Assembly: GCF_009914755.1 (NCBI RefSeq)
Contig: NC_060933.1
Strand: one strand, 5' to 3'
Length of the DNA stretch: 64,000 nt
Source of the DNA: the human T2T-CHM13v2.0 reference genome, Homo sapiens
The translations under genes were made by a program, and so were the position numbers. Shown piece after piece: positions 56,331-64,000 of the stretch. The notes beneath the pieces were generated by a model. That model was not told where the DNA came from. It saw only the letters and a program-made list of their open reading frames with translations, and did not search any database. The stretch's first letter is position 1. Each line of letters begins with the position of its first letter.

Positions 56331-57479
56331 AGTAGGTCTTAGCTGTAAAGAGGTGGAGTACAGAAATTCAGAGTGACTCCATGAAAGAAAAAAGAATGAC
56401 TCCAAGCTTTTTTAGGCTGGATAATGCCTTTAACTTAATGAGTAATTTGGCACGAGGATTAAGGGGAGACGAATTCTGGTTTAAGCATGTTGAGTTTGAG
56501 GTGAAGGTAGCCAAATAAAATTGCTCAGTAGTCAGCAAAGATTAAAAAAAAATGGAACCTAGTTGGAAATGGGAGAGCACCTTAAGCAAAGAAATGGCTA
56601 CTAGCATCTAGCATTCACCTCATATTCTCTCTCTCTCTCTCTGTCTTTCTCTTTTGGGGGTAGGAGGATTCTAGTGTCCTAAAACGCTACCTTAAATGGA
56701 GTTTTTATTTAGACCCTGAAGTCCTAGCTTGTATCTGGAGTCCTGGTCCGTTTGCTGGGATATGGTTCTTTCCTGTTTTGCAGGTTCATGCTATTTTTCC
56801 CCCACCTCTCTTAGTAAAGATGTATATATTCAGAATTACTTGTGATCTTCTGGTTGTATTGAAATTAACCTTCAGACAGTGCTGCTTTCTCTGCAGTAAT
56901 GCGTTTGATCTTTTGGGAGTGTGGTTCTTGGCTGAGATAAAAGAGAGGAAGTTTCCTGCTTGCGGCCTAGGCCTCAGGTCATGGTTGCTGATGTTACAGG
57001 TGTCAGCTTTACTATCTCCTGGAGCTCCCTGATGGCTATCCTTTTAAATGCTTTTCCTGTTGTTTTTCTCAATGAACCAAACACTGGTGCAGTTGTATCC
57101 CTAGACCATCTCTCTTTTTCTATTTGGATTGATCTAACTTAAGTTTTTCTTTCAGTTTTGAAGGCAGATTAAATTCATGTGACTTGGTTGTCAGAAATTT
57201 AATGAAATATTTGTTTATAGGAGTAGTATATAAGCACCAACATATCTGGCTGTAATTAGAGTCTAATCAGTGTATCTGTGACTCACTTTTCAAAAGAGGA
57301 TAGTTCCTAATTTACCTGATCGTTGTGAAGATAGTGTACAGTAGTATTTACACTTAGTACATAGCCTGACACCAGTAGGTGTTCAATAAAGGGGAATTAT
57401 TATATATTTAAATAAGTGAAAGAATGTCTTCTGAAAGAAGAAATACATGTCTGTGTAATGAAGAACTAGAATTAATTGG

Positions 57480-57700
57480 TAGACTGAAAGGCAGAATTCA
57501 GCTCAATGTAAGGAATGACTCTCTACCATAGCTGTCAAAATGGAACATTGTAAGGTAGTATGTTCCCTGTCACCCTGGAACTATTCAGGCAGAGGCTAGA
57601 TAACCTTCTGTCTGAGAAATTGTAGAAGGAATTTCTTACATTAGGTAGGAGGTCGGACTTGTTTATCTCTAAGCTCTGTTTCTCCTCTAAAATTCTGTAC
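57480..57700 (+). mobile_element. CR1/L3 3' fragment
   Basis: tcagctcaatgtaaggaatgactctct...ttcaggcagaggctagataacc. Confidence 0.55.
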
Positions 57701-60700
57701 TTTTGGGCATAATCCAAGCTTCCTTGCTTACTGGTTTTAGCCAAATATAGTCTAAATATCCCTAGGATTCATGGCTTCAAGATGAGCAGTATCTTGTTGC
57801 TCCTGTATTATACGAGAAAAGTTAGTTTATCCATTGATTGGCTTTTATTTTGGTCATTTTCCAAAAAAGGATTTTGGAAGCTTGAAATAATAGCAAATTC
57901 AGTAAGACCAAATCTACTGACCACAAAAGATAAGAATCAGTAAGTCAAAAAGGGAAAGAAAAAGAGAACAATTATCCGTAAGTTTAGCTGAGGAAAGCTT
58001 TAGAAGTTGAACACAATACTTAGCTCTGAGTTTTCTGGTAACCAAGGCAAGTAAGGAAGACTGATAATTTGCATAGATCTCATTGCCTATCGAGAATTCA
58101 TGAGGAGACTGCCACCTTCCTTAATAAAGTGGAGCCCCAAATGCCAAGATTGTCATACAGGGAGAATCTCCAAGTGGTAAGGGGTTATTGCTGGATCTGG
58201 CAATAATCTGATTCTTGTTCTGAGGCTTCCCCTTTAACACGTATTGAGGGTTCAATTTAGTGCTGCTGCCTCCATCTTTCTTCTCCAGTTTAAGTCTCTG
58301 ATCCAAGTATGAACACATTAGTCTTTCCCTAATGCCAATGGAACAGCTGATGTAAGGCTAGGACATTTAAATCAAGCTTTGCTAAAAGCTGGAGGATAAT
58401 GAATAGAGAGCAACATGAAACTATTTAGTCTGGCTTACAAAGACATTTTTCTCATGCCCTTATCTTTTGGTGTGTCTCCATTTGATACACTTCATCAGAG
58501 TACTGCTACCAAAGGCAGAGCCAGACATTTACCTTCAAACAGGTGCAAGTCAGTAAGATCCAGAGTGTCTTTGCTTGGGTTTCTTGTTTGAAGAACTGCT
58601 TCATTTCTGAGTAATGGACGTTCGGAATGATTACTTTAGGAGAGACCACACTTATCTGAGAGTGTGGCCCTACTGTACTGGTCTCACAGTAATCCCAGTA
58701 TTCATGGAAAAGATAGGCACGTACATTAGCATGAGGGCATTCTGTGGTTAGAAGCATTCTGATTTCATTGGGAAAAACAAGCTTCTCTCTGTTCTTGAGC
58801 AGAAGCTTTTATGGAAGTCTTTGTACATGGGCCATTGAAAAATAAAGTGAACAATTCGGGTTTATCACTCATGATTTGTAAGGATTCACTTTTCCTTTTT
58901 TCTGCAGTTGCTGTACTACTTCAGGTCTGTTCCAGTGTTTCCTTGTTCTCACCACCAAGACTGAACCTCCTTATTTTTGTTCATTTGCTTCAGGAAAACC
59001 ATTCCATCTAGATTTCCTAGGTGTAAACCTCACTGATTACATAATAGTGTATATTTATAGTTCTAGGACACCTTCTTCAGGCATCCTGTTACATTTCTAC
59101 ATTATAAGATTCTTAAATATGCATTGAATTACAAATAGGTCCCCAGGGAAAAGGCAAAAACGAATGGCTTTTTCTGCGAGAAACTAGGACTAATATAGAT
59201 ATTTGGGAGCACTGAACATGGAGGATAGAGTTAAACTTGAAAAGACATACAGAGATAGAAAAGCAGCAACTGCCCTTTCATTTGTATGCAAGCACACGAT
59301 ATATGTATGGGTTTTTTATTTTTTGCTTGATGTATTCATTTCCAAATCAAACTATAATGTGCTCTAATTGGGTCTCTTTGTTCAGCACGTGGTTGTTGAT
59401 TTGAGTACTTTCTCCAGTTGAAAAACTGACATTTTAATTTTGTTATTCAATGTGTGATAGATTTAAATAAAAACACCCAAGATTGTGTATTGTAGATTTC
59501 CTTCAACAATAATTATATATAATTATTTTATCAAAATAAACAAGTTAAAGTAGTTTTAGTTATTTTGTCTCATTTTACATTTGGGAAAAAAATTACAAAT
59601 CAGGGGCCAGAGTCTGGTCATGTTTGTCAGTGAGGAAAGACAATTTCTGATTGCCAGTCCCACCAAAGCGTTGGCAGATTAACACAGCATTGTAGATTAC
59701 TTTCCTAGGAAGAGATGCTCCTTTTTTCTCCCTTTCCATTATTTTGCTTTCCTTCTTTCCATGGTGCATTGTCCTTTTGTTTTCTTCCCTCTTATTTCGA
59801 TGCATGTATAAACTTGAGCCTTTCTGCTCTCACATTCTTTCTCCCCATGATCATAATTGTTTCTTCACTTTATTCTTAAAAAAAAAAAAAAAGGCCACAT
59901 AAGTATTTTATGTAGATCTCATCTATCATTTAAGTTTTGTCAGATCCAGCCTGCTCTTGCCTTACCATGGGAGAAGGGAAAGGAGGGAGGAGTTTTAAGG
60001 GATTTTAGGCATCAGGCAGAAGTCTTAAGGGAAAACTCTGCGAGGACCAACAGGCTCAGAATTAGCTGTGCATTGCAAACAGATGGTGTGTCCCTGAGGA
60101 AATAGCGTAGTTGCCCTAAGCAATTGGGTGCTTCCATCTGATTTAGCTTAGTCTCTGTAACTGGGAAAAAGGAAAATCTTATGGAAGAAATGAGTATAAT
60201 CACCTGTGAACCATTCTAAACTATTATCTAGAGACTAGTGATTATTGACTTACATATAGATTTCATAATTCTGCAAGATAGTCTTCGGTGTTGTATCATC
60301 AGTTATCCAAGGTATAAATAACATCAAGACCCTTATGCCTCTGAGCCTGATAGATCCTTATCTTTTAATAACCAACCCCCCACTTTCTTCAGTAGCCATG
60401 ATGCTACTGTATCAATGCTACCAGCAATTGGAAACCCATATTCCTAATGCCAAGTCTCGGCATGTAGATTTTGAGGTCTGAAAACTTTATTAGCTTGGTT
60501 ACAGTACATCTCAAGCCTAAGTTTTCATATACACATAGTTTAGTCTCAAAGGGCAAATGTTTCCCTGAAAGGAGTTCAGTCAACACTAGATGCTTATATC
60601 TTTAGGCTCCAAGGGAGTCCAAAATTTAATGATTAAAAATATTATAAAAATGCAAATATAGAAATAATACAAAAGCTCCTTCCTTTTGGTGGGCTTTTCT

Positions 60701-60805
60701 GTCCTTGCTTGGTTCAATTCAGCTGTGTTCTTCTAGGAGACTGCAACCACAATTTAACTGCTTTGCTTTGGTATTTTGTTTGACAAGGGAGATGAATGTT
60801 TCAGA

Positions 60806-61098
<293 letters not shown>

Positions 61099-61099
61099 T

Positions 61100-62290
61100 T
61101 CAATTTTTTGCTTTAAGTTAGAATCCTGTTTGCTTACTTTTTCTGACCCAAATGTTTTAAAAATGTTTTCCTGTGTTTTCATTTAAAAGATTGGTTTTAC
61201 CTCTCACATTGAGATGTATCTGGAGTTGGTTATTTATTATGGTATGAGATTTTTATTATTTTTAAAATACGGATATCTGGTTGACTCAGAACCATTTATT
61301 GGTAAAACCTTTTTTCCCCCAGTGTACAATCACCTTCATCATAAATCAAGAGGTTGTATATGTGAGGGTCTGTTTCTCTGTAATCTCTGTTCTGTTTGCC
61401 CATTTGTCCTTGTGCCATTACCATACTGTCTTAATTATTATGATGTTAGGAGTCTTGATATCGAGTAGTGTTAAGTCTTTCAAAGATTGCTTTGGTTATT
61501 CTTGCGATGTTGTTTTTCCATATAAATTTCAGAATCAACTTGTCAGTTCCCACTGAATAAAAAAACCCTGTGGGGATTCTGATTTGATTTTATTGAATCT
61601 ACAGATCACTTTATGGAATATTGACCTCTTTACAGTATTGAATCTTCCAGTTAGGAACTTGTCACTTTTCTCCATTTATAAATACATTTTAAAATTTTAT
61701 TTTATCTCCTTTGTAATTTCTATCAATAAGTAATATTTTTTAAGCTTTCTCTGCAGAGGTCTTTACCTGTCTTTTGTTAGGTTTATTCCTAGTTTTTAGA
61801 TTTTTAAAAAACGTTTTCTATTTATTACTGGTTTAAGAATGATTTTTTAATTTAATTTTTTTTGGTATAGTGAGTAACCTTATATTAGTGACCTTGCTAG
61901 ATTGACTAATTGATTCTAATAGTTGATCTGTAGGTCACTTTTGGATTTTCCATGTACATAGTTGTCCTCTGCAAGTAATGATAGTTCTGTGTCTTTCCAG
62001 TCTATCTTCCTTTTGTTTATTTCTGACTTACTACACTCAGACTTCTAATACAATGTTGAGAAGTAGTGATGGATATCTCTTTCTTATTTGTGATTTCAAG
62101 GGAAAATGACAGTCATGCAACATTAAATGTAATGCCTACTTTTATGCCTTTTATTTAATCTGATTATTTCAGAATTTTTTTTAAATTCTGCAATTTACTG
62201 AAATTTTTAAATATCATGAATAGCTGTTGAATTTTATCAGTTTACTAAGATTTTTAAAAATCATGAATAGCTGTTGAATTTTATCAGTTT
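61100..62290 (-). mobile_element. Old LINE-1 (L1M) ORF2 fragment
   Basis: ttccatataaatttcagaatcaacttgtcagttcc...attgaatctacagatcacttt. Confidence 0.75.
62194..62287. repeat. Tandem duplication, 47 bp x2
   Basis: tttact...atttttaaa.atcatgaatagctgttgaattttatcag at 62194 and 62241. Confidence 0.92.
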
Positions 62291-62344
62291 TTTTGTTTTT
62301 GTTTACATCACCTAAACTGCCAAACTCCCTTACTGTTTTCTTTC

Positions 62345-62511
62345 TTTTTTTTTTTTTTTTTTTTGAGACAGGATCTCACTCTGTTGCCCAGGATGGAGTG
62401 CTGTGGCCTGATCATGGCTCACTGCAGCCTCAAACTCCTGGGGCTCAAGTGATCCTTGTGCCCCAGCCTCCCAAATAGCTGGGACTACAGGTGCGTGCCA
62501 CCACACCTGGC
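62345..62511 (-). mobile_element. Alu right arm / FRAM
   Basis: Poly-T plus a single antisense arm. Confidence 0.85.
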
Positions 62512-63719
62512 TCAAACTTTTATTTTGGCATCTTTTGTACAATGTTTTTGTATATCCTCTACCTAAAATGACTTTCCTTTCTTCACTAGCTTTCCTTAAG
62601 TCTTAGTTTAGGTGTCATATTTCAGAGAAATCTCCCTTTTCTGTCCTCTGATCTGTGCACTTTGCATCATCATTTATCAGTGGTGTGTTCTCTGCATTGT
62701 GAATCTGAGGGCAGGAATCTCAATCCTAATTATCTCTATCCTCCTAAAGGTTTTTTCTTTCTTCCTACACAGGTTACATTCACTGTTGTGTTCTGAGAAA
62801 AGGTGTTCAGGCCTTGCTTTCTGCTTCTAAAATTACTAACTGCCCAGGACCATCAGTTCATTTCTTCAACTGTGGCTCCAACAGATCTTTCGCTGTTTGC
62901 TGGCCCAGGTATTGCTCTCCTCTGCCCCGAGTCAATGGCAGCTGGGAGTGGTTACCACTTCCTTCTCTTACCACAGTTCCTTCTCTACCACAGTTCTGTT
63001 TTGTATGTCATTCCCCTAGCCCAGGATGATCAGCCACTTTCATTTACGTTCATTATTACACCTTATTATCTGTGCAACCAAGCCAGTCTCTCCTACAGCC
63101 ACTCGTGCTTTCCAAAGGGAAAGGTTGAAATTTTCGGTTTTGTCCTACGTGAGGGGTTGTGGGGAGTAGGGGTGGAAATCACTGTAGATTATCAAGTAAT
63201 CCTTTTTTTCTTTGTGTACTTTTGGAATAAATCTAGATTATGTTGATGTAACTGTTAGGACATTTCTGTTTCTTCATCTCTAAAGGAGCTGGGATCTGAT
63301 ATTTCTGTTCATATTCCTTCCAGCATGAACATTTTATGGCTAATTAGATATTAACTTATTTATTAGGGATATTACATATACACACTGGGTGTGTCCCTAC
63401 ACTGTTAATTTGGGTTGGAACTGAAAATATACTTTCTGTGTGTGCCTACTGCTACTGTAGTGAAGTTCTTGAGCCAGGTCTGTTCAGTCATATTGTTGAA
63501 AAACTGTATGAATATTTATGAAGGAGAAAGAGCTGATAGGTACCATGAACATTCACTGTTGTATATGCATATGGTTTATATTGTGTTCTGTGTCAGTATT
63601 GCCTACCAGAGCTGTCTCAACATTAGCTCTGATTCTCTGTCTAGCATCTAGACCAGAGACTGGCACGTAATAGGAGCTCCAAAGAAATACTTGTTGAAAA
63701 AGTGCATAAACTAATTTTT

Positions 63720-63960
63720 GAACATTTTATTATGTGCTGGGCACTGTGCTAAGTATTCTATGTATGTTATTTCATTAACCCTCAAACCTTCTGAGATTGG
63801 TACTGTTTGTTAGTATGTTATAAATTTAGGAAGTAAGTTGAAGAAATTTAGGTTCAAATAAGTTAAGTGACTTCCTCAGGATTACTCAGTGCCTGACTGG
63901 CAAAGATAGGATTTTAACTTAAGTTTTTCTGTCTCTGAGTTCCATCAACTTAACTACCAT
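63720..63960 (-). mobile_element. MIR SINE
   Basis: tatgtgctgggcactgtgctaag...gttaagtgacttcctcagg. Confidence 0.65.
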
Positions 63961-64000
63961 ATCCTTATAATACCTACCCACTAGTCAAATTAAAATCTAA

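Noticed and set aside
56761-56790. Strong-looking acceptors in TGFBR1 intron 1 (56783; also ~62772 and ~58907)
   Set aside because: No good paired donor or coding signal; such pseudo-acceptors are common.

Overview
Primate (very probably human chr9q22) genomic DNA. Bases 1 to ~14.5 kb hold the 3' end of COL15A1 (collagen XV alpha-1, + strand). Eight coding exons are visible with GT-AG boundaries and continuous phase. They encode the last Gly-X-Y stretches, the NC1 trimerisation domain, a Pro-rich hinge and the endostatin-like (restin) domain, with the stop at 13584-13586 and a ~0.9 kb 3'UTR. About 33 kb of repeat-rich intergenic DNA follows (Alu, L1, L2, MIR, solo ERV LTRs, DNA-transposon fossils). 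Then come the TATA-less CpG-island promoter and coding exon 1 of TGFBR1 (ATG 48907, 9-Ala signal peptide, donor at 49004) and ~15 kb of its intron 1. I found no convincing new protein-coding system; the other ORF-track entries are repeat-derived or GC-rich artefacts. The most notable unexplained structures are: a ~550-600 bp diverged inverted duplication 7-9 kb upstream of TGFBR1; a juxtaposed 3'/5' splice site (recursive-splicing signature) in TGFBR1 intron 1; an L1PA insertion apparently carrying a 3'-transduced MST fragment inside its target-site duplication (TSD); a dispersed 40-bp duplicate in intron 1; and a mirror-symmetric CCAAT arrangement plus a GGATC-rich G-skewed tract at the TGFBR1 promoter. 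Repeat subfamily calls come from recalled consensus sequences, and most repeat boundaries are approximate.
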